From: Malacoraja senta | Lineage: Eukaryota | Direction of reading: 5' to 3' | Length of the DNA: 64,000 nucleotides | NCBI GenBank assembly: GCA_038087875.1 | Contig: CM075978.1 | Location: forward strand, 178,498,001 to 178,562,000 | Part shown: positions 26,501-41,100 of the stretch, piece by piece | How positions within the stretch are numbered: the stretch's first letter is position 1 | Layout of the letters: every line of letters begins with the position of its first letter | Notes under the pieces: model-generated | Database searches by the model: none | Seen by the model: only the letters and a program-made list of their open reading frames with translations | What the model was told of the DNA's origin: nothing | Program-made: the position numbers and the translations under genes

Positions 26501-28109
26501 CCAGGTTAGCCGGGAAGTGGTGTTAGGTAAATTGAATGGATTAAAGGCCGATAAATCCCCAGGGCCAGATAGGCTGCATCCCAGAGTATTTAAGGAAGTA
26601 GCCCCAGAAATAGTGGATGCATTAGTGATGATTTTTCAAAACTCCTTAGATTCTGGAGTAGTTCCTGAGGATTGGAGGGTAGCTAATGTAACCCCACTTT
26701 TTAAAAAGGGAGGGAGAGAGAAAACGGGGAATTACAGACCAGTTAGTCCAACATCGGTAGTGGGGAAACTGCTAGAGTCAGTTATTAAAGATGGGATAGC
26801 AGCACATTTGGAAAGTGGTGAAATCATTGGACAAAGTCAGCATGGATTTACGAAAGGTAAATCATGTCTGACGAATCTTATAGAATTTTTCGAGGATGTA
26901 ACTAGTAGAGTGGATAAGGGAGAACCAGTGGATGTGTTATATCTGGACTTTCAGAAGGCTTTCGACAAGGTCCCACATAAGAGATTAGTAAACTTAAAGC
27001 ACACGGTATTCAGTATTGATGTGGATAGAGAACTGGCTGGCAGAACGGGGGTTCAGTATTGATGTGGATAGAGAACTGGCTGGCAGACAGGAAGCAAAGA
27101 GTAGGAGTAAATGGGTCCTTTTCAGAATGGCAGGCCGTGAATAGTGGGGTACCGCAAGGCTCAGTGCTGGGACCCCAGCTATTTACAATATATATTAATG
27201 ATTTGGATGAGTGAATTGAATGCAACATCTCCAGGTTTGCGGATGACACAAAGCTGGGGGGCAGTGTTAGCTGTGAGGAGGATGCTAGGAGGCTGCAAGG
27301 TGACTTGGATAGGCTGGGTGAGTGGGCAAATGCATGGCAGATGCAGTATAATGTGGATAAATGTGAGGTTATCTAAATGGTGGCCGATTAGGAAAAGGGG
27401 AGATGCAACGAGACCTGGGTATCATGGTACATCAGTCATTGAAAGTAGGCATGCAGGTGCAGCAGGCAGTGAAGAAAGCGAATGGTATGTTAGCATTCAT
27501 AGCAAAAGGATTTGAGTATAGGAGCAGGGAGGTTCTACTGCAGTTGTACAGGGTCTTGGTGAGACCACACCTGGAGTATTGCGTACAGTTTTGGTCTCCA
27601 AATCTGAGGAAAGACATTCTTGCCATAGAGGGAGTACAAAGAAGGTTCACCAGACTGATTACTGGGATGTCAGGACTTTCATATGAAGAAAGACTGGATA
27701 GACTCGGCTTGTACTCGCTGGAATTTAGAAGATTGAGGGGGGATCTTATAGAAACGTACAAAATTCTTAAGGGGTTGGACAGGCTAGATGCAGGAAGATT
27801 GTTCCCGATGTTGGGGAAGTCCAGGACAAGGGGTCACAGTTTAAGGATAAGGGGGAAATCCTTTAGGACCGAGATGAGAAAAATATTTTTCACACAGAGA
27901 GTGGTGAATCTCTGGAATTCTCTGCCACAGAAGGTAGTTGAGGCCAGTTCATTGGCTATATTTAAAAGGGAGTTAGATGTGGCCCTTGTGGCTAAAGGGA
28001 TCAGGGGGTATGGAGAGAAGGCAGGTACGGGATACTGAGTTGGATGATCAGCCATGATCATATTGTGGTCCTACTCCTACACCTATTTTCTATGTTTCTA
28101 TGTTTCTAT
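26501..28109 (+). mobile_element. CR1-A LINE, 5'-truncated, with internal duplication and deletions
   Basis: ORFs 26442-27062 and 27403-28038 are nearly identical to the 1032-aa ORF2; (ctatgttt)n tail. Confidence 0.95.
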
Positions 28110-28274
28110 GTAAATGGCAGTTTCAATCCCATGAAATCTTTTGTGCCGCACTTTCATCTAAGCAGCTCATGCTATGAACTCTTTGCTGGTTCCATTGGCC
28201 ATTCCTTGGATCACATTGCAATGTGGAGAAGGATGGCCTTCATGGCTGTTTTGGTCACCCTGCTATAGTAAATA

Positions 28275-28720
28275 AATTGGAAGGAGTGCAGTGAAGATTT
28301 ACAAGGATATTGCAATGTCTCAAGAGATTGAGCAATATGGTGTGATTGGACAGGCTTTATTCTTTGGAGTGTAAGAGACAGGGTAATTTTATAGGGGTAT
28401 ATAAAATTATAAGGGAGATAGGTTTTCCCCAGATTAGGGGAATCAAGAACTGAGTGTATAGGTTTGTGAGAGAAGATACAATGGGAACCCAGGGGGGCAT
28501 TTTTTCCCCACCCAGAGCGTGGTAGGTATATAGAATCAACTACCCAAGGAAGTAGTTGAAGCAGGTTATAAAACAAAATTTTAAAGGCATTTGGATAGGT
28601 ACATGATTAGGAAGAGTTGAGGTGGATAAACGAGGGCAAATGGACTTGCTTAGGTCGGGCATCTTGGTCAGTATGAATGAGTGGGGCTGAAGGGCCTGCT
28701 TCATGCTCATGACTATGTCT
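28275..28720 (+). repeat. Decayed CR1 3' region
   Basis: gtgcagtgaagatttacaaggatattg...gggctgaagggcctg. Confidence 0.65.
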
Positions 28721-30003
28721 CAAACCATTCAATTACTGAGAGTCATTACAGGAGTGGACCCAGAACATTAACGGAGTTCATAGCAGGAGCTGCTTAGATG
28801 AAAGTGCAGCACAAAAGGTTTCATGGGGTTGAAGCTGCCATTTGGGGTCGTAAGCTTCAAGGAAGTTCAAGAGAACCCAGAGCATTAACTGATACAACAT
28901 GATCAACACTTAAAGGCAGCAAATGCACCTTTAAGGCCTCAGCCTTTCAAAGTTAATCTTGGATTTTGAAGCAGAACTGTTTTCCCTCACAGGCAGAACC
29001 TGCTGCCTGAAAACATGCAAATCCCCACGCACTGACAGAAGGCAGAAACCTTGAGCTCAAAACTGCATGATAAAGCTGCCCTTCAACATCTGGCTGTAAT
29101 TATTTTTTCCTTTGGCGTGAATATTAAAATCACATTAAATTACATGAATTTCCTTCTAAAGATGAGATATCCCTGATAAATCTCGCAGAGCTTTCATTTT
29201 CAAACTCAAAACAATTATTTCAAATGCAATTAAACTGAACAAGCTCAACTTTTAACAACTATTTAAAACAAATAATTCAAAAAGGGTTTACATTTAAGTA
29301 TGCCCACAATCTACAGTATTATTTTGCAGAAGTTATACATCTGGAGGAACTGAAAGTGCGAGGGTCAAAGACAATGCAGGGAGGAACACACATACACACA
29401 AACACACACGATGAACCTAATTTGGCAATAATTATTGGCCAAATTCCTATAATTGCTCAAACAATTCAAAACCAATGTGAAAACAGAAAATGTTGATTTC
29501 TATCAAGAAGAGGAGGCAAAAAAGAAAATTGCTAATTTCTCATTACATTGCACAAATCTAATGCAAAATATTGCCTTCAGAAATCCATTCATGATCTGTA
29601 CAGAGTTCTTACACTTCAGAAGTCCCACAAAAGGTTCATCTCTTGCCTGGTTGAAGACAGGCAAAGAAACAGACAATCCAGGACAAGACTCCCTTCAATT
29701 ATGAATCCATCCCCACATCAGCATTCATTGCTCCAATACCAAAACACCCTCTCTGCACTGTGTACCATGTACAACATGAATTTCAGTAACCAAGGTGTCA
29801 ACACGAGCATCTCCTAAACTCTTGACATCAGCTAACCACAAGGACAAAGGCATGCTGGCACATGGAACAATCACTATTTCTCGTTATACATCAACCAGGC
29901 TTAAAGATGGTATTAGCAACATGTGGAGGCTGGATAAACTTGGATTGTTTTCTCTGTAGCATTGGAGGCTGTGAGGAGATCTGATGGAGGTATATAAAAT
30001 TAT

Positions 30004-31461
30004 TATTATTCTTTTTAAAAATATTTTTATTATAAGCAAACATATTATAAAGTATAGTAACATATTATAGTAAAAAAAAACTTTTCATATACATCAAGCA
30101 TACATTATTAAAATTGTCAATTGTCGATTAATTCTGCTTCTAGTGTTTTTTTAAATATATAGATGTAAAAAGAGAGATAGAAAGAAATAATTACAAATAT
30201 CAAAAAATAGAGGTGGAATGAATTACTTATAATACGTCATTGGAGATAAGTTCGTAGGTTATGAAGTATAATTTTACATCTAATCCCGAGTTCAAGCTTC
30301 AGTTGGGCTTTCGTGCTGGGCCAAACTATCCCTTCAGATAGTTAATGAATGGAGCCCATATTTTAACAAAAAGTTCTTGTTTGTCCATTAAGACAAGTCT
30401 AATTCTTTCTAGATGTAGGGTCTCCGACATTTCCACAATCCACATTTTAATTGTGGGGGTTATAGGGACTTTCCAAAATTTTAATATTAATTTTTTCCCA
30501 GTTATTATACTGTAGTCAAGGAAGTTTCTTTGGCTTGTTGTGAGTGTTAAACTTTGTTCTGTTATCCCAAGTATTATTAATTTTGAGTCTGGATCCAATT
30601 TAGTATTAACAACTTCAGAAATTATTTCAAAAATATCAGTCCAGAAATGTTTGTACAATTTGCAAACGTATGTGTTAAATTGGCCTCTAGATGCAGACAT
30701 TTATCACAGAAAGGAGAAATATGTGGGAAGATTCTATTTAGTTTTATTTTGGAGTAATGTAATCTGTGTAAGACTTTAAATTGTATTAAAGCATGTCTAG
30801 CATTTAACGAACATTGATGTATATGTTGTAAACTTTCGTCCCAAATATCTTTCGTTATAGGATGACCTAACTCATTTTCCCATGTGTGTTTATACAGTTC
30901 CATCGGTGGTACCTCGTTGTTTAAGAGGGTGTTATAAATATAAGCTATTCATTTTTCAGTGTTAGGATGCTTATTCAAACATTCATCAAGAATTTCTGGT
31001 TCCCTATAAAATTCTGTATTAGATTTAACATAATCTCTAATTTTTAGATATCTGAAGAAATTATTTGAGTGCAGTCCATGATTCTGTTGTAACTCTTGAA
31101 ATGAAAGAAAAATGCCTTTCCTATAAAGATGTCCAATCTTTTTAATTCCATAATTTTTCCATTGTGTGAAACCTTTATCCAATATGGATGGCTTGAATAA
31201 AGGATTATTTACAATGGGAAGACATAGTGGTATATTATTCAGTTTTAAAGCTTTTTTTAATTGTTTCCAAATTTGTATTCCACTATGTATTATAGGGTTT
31301 TCCTTATAGTTTTTTTTTATGCAGTTTTGTGGGAGCAAATATAATCGAACCAATTTCAAAAGGTAATCAGTCTTCCTTTTCCATCCTTAACCATTCTGGT
31401 TGTTGATCCATTTCTTCCAGCCAGAAATTCATGTTTTTAATATGGACTGCCCAAAAATAAA
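30004..31461 (-). mobile_element. L1-clade LINE, 5'-truncated (ORF2 C-terminal region plus 3' UTR), inserted in a CR1 fragment
   Basis: QFKVLHRLHYS...CDKCLHLEANLTHTFANC zinc-binding region and KIWAPF C-terminus; A-rich tail; 10-bp TSD ataaaattat at 29994-30003 and 31462-31471; CR1 sequence on both sides (29925-30003, 31462-31810). Confidence 0.85.
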
Positions 31462-31899
31462 ATAAAATTATGAGGGGGAAAAAAAATAGCGTAGATGATC
31501 AGAACCTTTTACCCAGAGCGGAAATGTCAAAGACTTGAGGGAATAGTTTTAAGGTGAAAGGGGCAAAGGTTAAAGATGAGCAGGTCAAGTTCTCTTTTTC
31601 TTTTAAACAGAGGGGTGGGTGCCTGGAACACGCTGTCAGGGATAGTGAGAGATATGATAGTGGCATTTAAGAGACTTGTGGGCGCATGGATATGCAGGGA
31701 ATGGAGGGATATGGATCACGGGCAAGCAGGGGAGATTAGTTTAACTTGGCATCATTTTTGTCATTGACATTGTGGGTCAGAGGGCCTGTTTGTGTGTTGT
31801 ATTGTTCAATGTTTAAAAATATATATATTTTACAATCATCTGAATCAAAAATCATTAAAATGACCTAAACCATTGATAGCAACACGGCACAAATACCGA

Positions 31900-33200
31900 C
31901 CCGTGGGTTCAATCCATGTACATGGATCAGTGTCTCGTAAATGTAATTGTACCTGCCTCTACCTCCTCTGGTAATTTGTTCCATGTACCCACCAGCCTCT
32001 GTACGAAAAGTATTTTAATCTTTTCCCTCACACCTTAAACCCATGCACTCTAGTTTTAGACTCTCCTACCCCCAGGAGAAGACTGTGACCATTCATCTTA
32101 TCTACACCTCTCCTGATTTGATATACATCCTTAAGGTCACGCCTAAGCCTCCTATGGTCCAAGGAAAAAAAGGCCCAGTCTATCAGGCCTGTCCTTATAA
32201 CTCAGACTAATATTCTCGCGAATGTTTTTGCACCCTTTCCAATTGAACAACATCCTTCCTGTAGAAGGGCGACCAGAAATATACACCATACTCTAAATGT
32301 GGCCTTATCAACATCTTGTACAGCATGACACGACTTCACAACTCATGTACTCAATACCCGGCCGATGCAGCCAAGTGTGCAAAATGTCTTCTTATCCACC
32401 CTGTCGATCTCTGTCATCAACTACTTGGAATTATGCACGTGCACCGCCTGATCTTCCAGACTCCTTCAGGCCCTACCATTTACTGTGCAAGTCCTGCACT
32501 GGTTTGTCCTACCAAAATGCAATACTTCATTTATCCGATCTGGATAACTTCATCTGCTATTTCTCTACCCCATTGTCCCATTTGATTAAGATCCCATTGT
32601 AATCATAGTCTTCTTCACCGTCCACTACACCGGCAATTTGTGTAATTTACAAAGGTAATCTACATTCACATCATTAATATAAATAACAAATAACTGGATC
32701 AGCACAGATTCCTGTGGTACACTTCTTGTTACAGGTCTCCAGTCTGAAAAACTACCATCACCATTGCCTACCTTCAAGCCAATTTTGTACCAATTAGCTA
32801 GTTTGCCTGGAATCCCATACCTTTATATAGGTCTTGCTAAAGTCCATGTAGCCAACATCGACAATACTGCCCTCAATCTATCTTCTTGGTCACCTCTTAA
32901 AAACCCCGAAAAACCCCAAACCCTGAAATATAATCTCCTACACATAAAGCCATGCTGCCCATCTCTAACCGGTCCTTGCCTAAACACATGTAGATTGTAT
33001 CTCTCAGAATTGCCTCCAAAAACTGACCCGCCACTGATTTAAGACTTAAATAGAGACATTTAAAGCATCCTCCAGTTTTCTGGAACTTCACCTGTGTGCA
33101 AATATCCCTGCCAAGGACACTGCAAGTTTTTCCCTGGTTTCCCACAATGTCCTACGATACACAGGCAGAATCTGGTGATATATCTACCTTAAGATATTTT
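31900..33200 (-). mobile_element. Old decayed CR1 ORF2 fragment
   Basis: Antisense CR1 landmarks such as gaccagaaatatacaccatactctaaatgtggcc and aagtccatgtagccaacatc; no intact ORF. Confidence 0.65.
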
Positions 33201-34149
33201 CAGACCACCAGCACCTCTTCTGTAATATGGGATTATTTCCTCCACTGATGATTTTCCACCACCTTCCCGTGTTCAAATAGAGAAGGCAGTCAGTTTTGAT
33301 AAAGAAAAACTCACCTTTGTTGAAGGCTCATGGGCTGAAGCCTGCATCTGGACTGAGTACAGAGACTTAAGTTGATAATGCAAATGTAAGTGTGGTGCAT
33401 TAATAAAAGATGCTAAAGCAGCCTTAAAAGCCAAGTCTGTTCAAATTGATGCAATAGGTTCCAGGCACCAAATGACTGGGACTCCCTCAACCAAGTTGTT
33501 TTTTCCCCACTAATGGTCACAGAATCTTGCTGCATTGGGGATTGGATTGTGTGCAATTAGCTGCCACACTTGCACATGAAGCTGTAACCACTTCTCAAGC
33601 AGTACAAGAGCTTTAAGGTTTATTTCATCATGCTGTGGGCCACGAGAGGCAACATGCAAACAGAGGGCTCACATTTAGCCAGCAGCTCCGCTGAAGTAAA
33701 ACTTGCATTCCAAGGTAATATTAATCTAAAACATGACTCAAGAATTCAGTTTTATCATTCAGCTAATTAGAAGACGATGGAGGTAGGGAAATAAAGCCAC
33801 CTTTAGACATCGTCTGAGCAAAGCCAAATTTCCAGCAGCTGATGAATACCGTGAAAGTTTCACACAGTCCAAAGATCCAAGAGCCACAAACCTGCACCTC
33901 TCTTCCTTCTGCCCATATCCTGAAAAACCTGGATTGCAAATACATCTTAGTCTGATGCTTCCACGTGCCTTCAATATAATTGTGAAAATGTTGAGACCAA
34001 TTGAGCAATTTAAAAAAATTAGGTGCAAAATTCATGTCCAGTCTTTCAAAGAAATGTACCTTGCCAATAGGCGGAGGGGAGAAGTCCTAGAGTCATACAG
34101 AAGGTAACATTGTGTTGCTGCTCAGCATCAAGGACCTATCAAGCGATCC

Positions 34150-35330
34150 AAGGAAAAGCCTGGGAACGCTGGACCAGTGACCCCAACAGCTGTGACAGGC
34201 AAGTTACTGGAAAGGATTATGAGGGATAATATATATATGCATTTGGATAGACACAGAGGCTGATGAAGGATAGTCTGCATGGTTTTATATGTGGGAGAAC
34301 ATGTCTAATCTGCTTGAGGTTTTTGAAGAGGTAACCAAAAAGGTTGATGAGGGAAAGGCCATTGATGCTGTCTTTATGGACATCAGCAAGGCCTTGGAAA
34401 AATATCCTCATGGAAGGCTGCACTGGAAATTTAGATCGCATAGGATCCAGGGAGAGCGGGGTGACTGGGTAGATAATTGGCTTTATGGGAGGAAGCAGAG
34501 GATGGTGGTGGAAGGCCGCTTTGTAAATTGGAAGCTTGTGACTTAGAGTGATTCAGGGATCTGTACTGGCTCCATTGCTGTTTGTGCGAGGCATGATTAG
34601 CATGTTTCAGATGACACTAAAGTAGGTGGCATCATAGACAGTGAAGATGGTTATCAAAAAATTGCAACAGCATTTTCATCAGCTGGGAAAGTGCGCTGAG
34701 GAATGGCTAATAGAGTTTAATACAGATACGTGTAAGGTGTTGCATTTTTGGAAGTCAAACTAGGACAGAACCTTCTGTGAATGTTAGGGCTCTGACACAT
34801 GTTGAGCAGAAGGGATGTAGGAGTGCAGGTATATACAGTAGTACCACAGGTAGAGTGGTAAAGATAACTTTAGTACATTGACCTTAATCAATCAGGATAT
34901 TGAATAAGGCTGCATTTATGCATTGGGGTCAGGTTTGGTGAATCTGCTATCGGAAGGATATCATTAAGTTAGAAGTGAGTTCAGAGAACATTTACAAGGA
35001 TATTTTGAAAGGGTGAATGCACAGAATCTTTTACCCAGAGCAGAGGAAATCAGGAGGACTAAAGGTTTCATTTGAGAGGGGAAAGTTTTAATAGGAAATG
35101 GAGGGACACCTTTTTCTTGCAGACGGTGGTGGGTACAAGGAACGAACTGCCAGAGGAGAAAGTTGAGGAAGGCACTGCAACAGCATTTAAGCGACACAGA
35201 TAGTACATGGATAGGAAAGGTAGATGGATATGGATCAAATGCAGTCAAATGGGACTAGCGTGGACGGTGTATCTTGGTTGTTATGGACAAATTGGGCCAA
35301 AGGACCCATTTCTGTAATGTATGATTCTAA
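34150..35330 (+). mobile_element. Old decayed CR1 ORF2 fragment with 3' tail
   Basis: NLLEVFEEVTKKVDEGKAIDAVFMDISKA in ORF 34289-34546. Confidence 0.8.
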
Positions 35331-36211
35331 CTCCTTAGATCACATCACAACCCACCCCCTCCCCAGGCACTTTCCCTTGCAACCACAGGAGATGCAATAC
35401 CTGGCCCTACCCCTCCTCCCTCCAGCAACCCCTTTGTGCTCTAAGACTATGATCCTCATACCATGTCAGAGGGAGTCAAGAGGCCGCAGGTGCTGGATTC
35501 TGGAGCAAAACAATGTTGAAGGAATACTAATTGTCTATCCTTGAATTTTGCTGGTAACTTGGCTTTTGAACCTTTTATCCAAATACTACTTAAATGTTAA
35601 ATCTGGATGCAGATTTAAAATAATGGATTAAAGGGGATAGCAACTAGAGAGTTGACACCAAAGTGCCGGGGCTGTAAAACTTGCTGCTTTAAGCAAGTGA
35701 TGGGAGCAGAATACCCTCATCACCTGGGCGAGCATTTCACATACAATTAAGTTACAAACTTACAGATCAATCACTTAAAATAATATACAAACTGCAGATG
35801 CTGGCAATCTAGCACAAAAACATAAAATGCTGGATCCATTCAACAATTCAGGCAGCAACCATAGGAGGAGAAACAGGCAACAATCCAAGCCCCGGATCCT
35901 TGAAGTGATCCAAGAGCTATACTAGGGGATAAAATAGATTGAAAAGTATGTACAAAATGGGCCAAATGGATTAATTCTGTGCTACGAATGATTAATCTCA
36001 TGCCATTCATTAGCTGGATTTCCTTTACAATCCAGCAATTTGTTTCTACAATATGAAAGTTTGTTAATGAAAGCACAGCTATTCTAGATTATAATATGCC
36101 AGACTATGTTTAATATAAATGCCCTTTAGCAATCACCCCTAGAGTTGTTCACATTAAAACCAAGTTGTTTCATACTATATAAAAAGGAAAGGATCTTGCA
36201 CAAAGTGTTTA

Positions 36212-36355
36212 AGTCTGAAGAACAGTTTCGGCCCGATACGTTGCCTATTTCCTTCATCAGTCTGAAGAAGGGTTTCAGCCCAAAACGTTGCCTATTTCCT
36301 TCACTCCATAGATGCTGCTGCACCCGCTGAATTTCTCCAGCACTTTTGTCTACCT
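36212..36355 (+). repeat. Penelope terminal fragment with tandemly duplicated hammerhead-like unit
   Basis: agtctgaagaa...cgttgcctatttccttca occurs twice with a 47-bp period (36212, 36259). Confidence 0.8.
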
Positions 36356-36669
36356 TTGATTTGCACAAAGTGTGCCATGGTATTCTTTTCATGCAAAATA
36401 GGCCCTGTATTTCCAAATTTCTGCCAGGAGAACAAGGTTTTACATCTGTTTACATTCATTGACGTGCAAATAAAATCCATATCAGAATTTAGAATGAAAT
36501 GCCAGTCTTCCAAAGAAAAAAGTGTGGTATTTCAGGTTAATCACAAATTACAGACTATCCAGCCGTTAATTCACCTCCTGCTGCCAGCATTCCTTTGCAC
36601 TGTAAATAACTGGCTGTGCCAATTTGTCCAAATCACAGAATGCAGGGAGTAACCCTATCGCTCTCTTTT

Positions 36670-36805
36670 TCGAGATAAGTAATGATGATAAAGGAAACAG
36701 GCCATTGTTAACTGTTTGCTGGGTGAAAACGAGAAGCTGGTGCGACTTGGGTGGGGAGGAATGGAGAGAGGGAATGCCGGAGTTACTTGAAGTTAGAGAA
36801 ATCAA
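36670..36805 (-). repeat. Penelope 3' UTR / ORF-end fragment
   Basis: ttacttgaagttagagaaatcaat is the reverse complement of the IDFSNFK-stop type ORF end seen at 21635-21657. Confidence 0.65.
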
Positions 36806-37339
36806 TAATCAATAAATGCAGGCATCTGTCTGGCTAAATACTCCTATTTATGCATTTTTTCATATTTTAAAAAAAGCTAATCAATAAATTCTAGCAACCA
36901 AGTTAGCCTTCAAATCTTTTAAAACTCCAATCCTGTTAAACTGTGGGATGAATGTTTCCTTCTATCTGATCAAGAAATGTCACTAGCGGCAGCACTTAGC
37001 CATGCCTCCTCATTAGTGGTCAGAAGGATGCAGAGATTCACCAGGATATTTTCTGGGATGCAGTGTTTCAGTTCCGAGGAGAGACTGGGAAGGTAATCCA
37101 TTTTCCATGGAGCAGAGGAGGTTAAGAGGGGACACCTTAAGATATATAAAATTACATGGGGTACAGATAGGGTAGACTGCAGGAACCTCTCTTCATCACT
37201 CCCCCCCTCCCCGCTCCCCACTAATTTCAACAATCAGACTTCCATAGCCTGACCTGAAACATCATCTATCAATGTTCTCCAGAGATCCTGCCTGACCTGT
37301 TATGTTACTCCAGCACTGTGTGTCATTTTTGGACATAAT

Positions 37340-38190
37340 GTAAATGGGTTGGCAAGTACATTTGCAGACAATACCAAGATTGCTGGGGTCCCAGACAGCA
37401 AGCAACGCAGCCAAAGTATTCTCTGGGATAAGAGATCAGCTACAGAAATGGCAGATGGAGTTTAATCTGAGCAAGTGAGAGGTGCTGCACAAGGGGAAAG
37501 TATACAGTTAACAGCAACCCTCTTAACTGATCTTGGGGTCGAAGTCCACAGCTCGCTGAAGTGGCAGCACAAGTAGATATAGTAAAGGTGGAATATGGTA
37601 TGCTTGCCTTCATTGGTCAGGGCTCATTTCAAGAGCCAGGAAGTCATGATTTAGCTCTGCAAGACTTTGGTTCAGCCACACTTGGACCATTGTGTGCAGT
37701 TGTCTCATGCCGTGGAGGCTTTGGAGACAGGTGCAGAAGAGGTTTGCAAGAATACTGCCTAGATTAGGGGGCATTAACTATAAGGAGAGGTCAGGCAGCC
37801 TTGGATTGCTTTCTCTCTGGCACCGGAAGTTGATGGGAGACCCGATTCAAGTATATAAAATTATGCAAGGCATAGATAGGGTTGAAAGAACCCTTCTCCC
37901 CCAGGGTTGAAATGTCAAAATCTAGAGAGCATAGTTTTGAGAGGAAAAAAGCTTTAAGGAGTTGCAGGGGCATTTAAAAAAAAAACATATAGTGTTGTGG
38001 GTGCCTGGTACATGCTGCCAGGGGTAATGGTGAAGACAAAAACAATAGTGGCTTTTAATAGACTTTTGGATGGACACATAAATATGCAGAGAATGGAGGG
38101 ACATTGATAAAATGCAGGCGGGTGAGATGAACTTGTCTTGGTGTTATGTTTGGCACAGACATTGTGCTGTATTGTTATATGTTCTGTACT
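37340..38190 (+). mobile_element. Old decayed CR1 3' half
   Basis: YGMLAFIGQG and QVQKRFARILPRLGGINYKER remnants. Confidence 0.75.
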
Positions 38191-41100
38191 ATGTTCATAT
38201 GGTTCCCACTCATTTTACACAAACCTACAGGTCAGACCTTTATTACACACAAGCAGTACATAAAAGCCACTTACCACTTATAGCAATATTGGCTCTTGAG
38301 CAGAAGATTTCATCACATCATTTGCTGGCCTATTGAGGTTAGTGTAAGGAATGTCCATTTCTGCAATGCTTCAGATGTCTTTGTATTGATGTTGGTTTAT
38401 TATTGTTAGGCTTACTATGATACAGTTAAAAAAACTGTTTGCATTCCATCCAGTCAAATCAAACTACACATGATTACAATCAAGCCATACACAAGTATAA
38501 TGCAAAGAGAAAAACACCAGAGTGGAGAACGTGTTACAGCATGATAGTGTAACAATTACAGAGGAAAAAGTGCAAGGTAGGTTGGAAGATAAGGCTGCAC
38601 CCTAGCCAGAAGGTACAGAAGCTTGTAAGCATGCACCACCAGACTCAGAAACAGCTTCTTCCCCTCTGTTAGCATGCTTCTGTATGGTTCTTCCATAAGC
38701 TAGGGTACTTCCCAATTCACTTCTAACCCATTGCAGACATTGGAAATTTGTCAATGAAACGGAGGCATTACAATGCCACGTACTATATTCTGCACATGCA
38801 TATATCTTCCCCTTGGCTCTATCTATCATACTGGAACTTGACGATTGTATTTATGTATCGTGTTATGTGATCCGATTGGATAGCATGCACAACAAAGCTT
38901 TTCACTGTACATCAGTGCACGTGCCAATCATACGCCTAAACCTATCCATTTTGCTGGTGACTGCCTGTCAAGTCTCTGAAATCTATCAGTCCAAGAGTGT
39001 TGACTTCACCTGAGCCAAGCACAGTACTTTTGGATCCAAGGTGGTCTTGCCTTCAAACTCCATTCAAGACCTGCAACTGTATGGTGCTTACTGCCAATTT
39101 TCTGTAATAAAACCACACCCAAGATTATTTTTTGATTTTGGGGTGGATAGAACAACTCCCAATAAATTACTAAATGAGGAACAGATCGGCTCAACTGATG
39201 TTAAAGTCATCGACAATTCCAAAACCACGACCTCGAGTATGTTGTTGCAGGACCAGCAAATGCAGGTTTAAATCTCACAAAGCAGAATGCAGTCTTAAAA
39301 TAATTAGAAAACGTGCTTATAACAAAAAAATTATTGATGTCAAACAGTTCGGCTTATACACGAGGCTCCAAGAGAGGATAATAAAGATATTGCATATTAG
39401 AAATAGTGTTTCCTGCAATCAATTGTTAGTTACAGGATATTTGCAAAAACGGCCTTTTATTTAAAAAAAATACAGCTGTCATCTTGCTGAAAAAATATCA
39501 TGTAGACGACTTCGAACTGGAAGAATATGTTGTTTTGAGAATAAGATAATAGTTAATTTTTTCAACATGACGAGAAGAATTTAATTCTGTTTCTTGTTGA
39601 CTCTGGCAATTGAATGTCATACTGATTGTGTTGCATGGTTTGACTGGATAGTACAAAGCTTTTCAATGTATCTTGGTACATTTGACAATAATAAACTAAT
39701 ACCAATAAATATGGCTTTCCCATGTGCAATATATGGTCTTATCTGCAGATTATACTGGCCTAGAGATAACATTACACAAAAAAAAATTACAGAAGCATTG
39801 GAATTCTGGGAAAATCAATTACTGCCTGAACTTTGTGTGGGAGTAAAAAGGATAGTTAAATGTACTGGAGGAGTTGCTAAAGAACAAAGTTCTGCCATCA
39901 ATTTGTTCTCAGTCAGTCCTCATAAAAAAGGAGCTATCATCTTCCTGGCAAACTGCTTCCTAAACCATGAAGGCATGCCACACTCGGTGTCTCAGTCACT
40001 TTGTTGTTTTTGCTTTAATCAATGGCTTGGAACACAAGTGACATAAATGGGGAAAGTGGGCTGCAGACAGGACTCTGTAGTCATGGCAACACAGTATGTG
40101 CATCAAGACTCACTCTAACTAGCAGCTTTGACTAGCTCTTTAAAACAAATGCAGAGCGATCAGAACATTGCTTAAATGCCCACAGATACTTTTCTTACCA
40201 TTTATAATTGCATTGCCATTTTGAAAATGCTTTCCCAAGTAGCAAACATACCAAATTCAAGTAAAAGTCTAATTAACTGCATGTTCCATCTGGAGTTAAA
40301 TTCCTGATCCAAGTAATACCATGAGGCTCCTGAAACTACTTTGGGTTGTATAGGAATTGCACGATGGGCAGAAAGTGATAAATTAGTACATGATCGCAGT
40401 GGGTCAATGAGTCCCGCATACTTGCTCCACCATTCAACCAGATTGTACGGCCACTCACATTAAGTTTCCACTACTAGCCCAATTCCCAGCTTAATATCAT
40501 CAGAAAGCTTGGATATTTTACACTTAATCACCCCATCCAAACCTTTGGTATAGATTGTGAACAGCAGGGGCACCAGCATGGGTCCCAGTATCCCTCCACC
40601 TATTTGTTCCCATTTTCTGCCAGATCACCAACCCTCCAATCACTCTGATGTATCACCCACAATGTGTGCACTCTAATTTTGTTACATAATAATTTATTTT
40701 GCCTTGACATGACTAACTATGCCGAGGTGACTACGGAGACATAATACAAGAGTGTGATTGATACAAGTGCAAGTACAAGTTCATAACTTCTAGGAGCATA
40801 ATTAGGCCATTCGGCCCATCAAGTTTACTCCACCATTCAGTCATGCCTGATCTCTAAGAGGTCCTGAAAGGAGAATTTAGGGAGTTGGGAGGAGAGTTAA
40901 GGAGAAGGACCGCAAAGGTAACAATCTCAGGATTACTACCTGTGCCACGCGACAGTGAGAGTAGGAATGGAATGAGGTGGAGGATAAATGTGTGGCTGAG
41001 GAACTGGTGCAGTGGGCAGGGATTCAAATTTCTGGATCATTGGGGCCTCTTTTGGGGAAGGTGTGACCTGTACAGAAAGGACGGGTTGCACTTGAACCCG

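Noticed and set aside
33760-39110. Possible minus-strand coding exons at about 33930-33800 and 39102-39010
   Set aside because: The acceptors are plausible but the donors are weak, and the translations match nothing I recognise.
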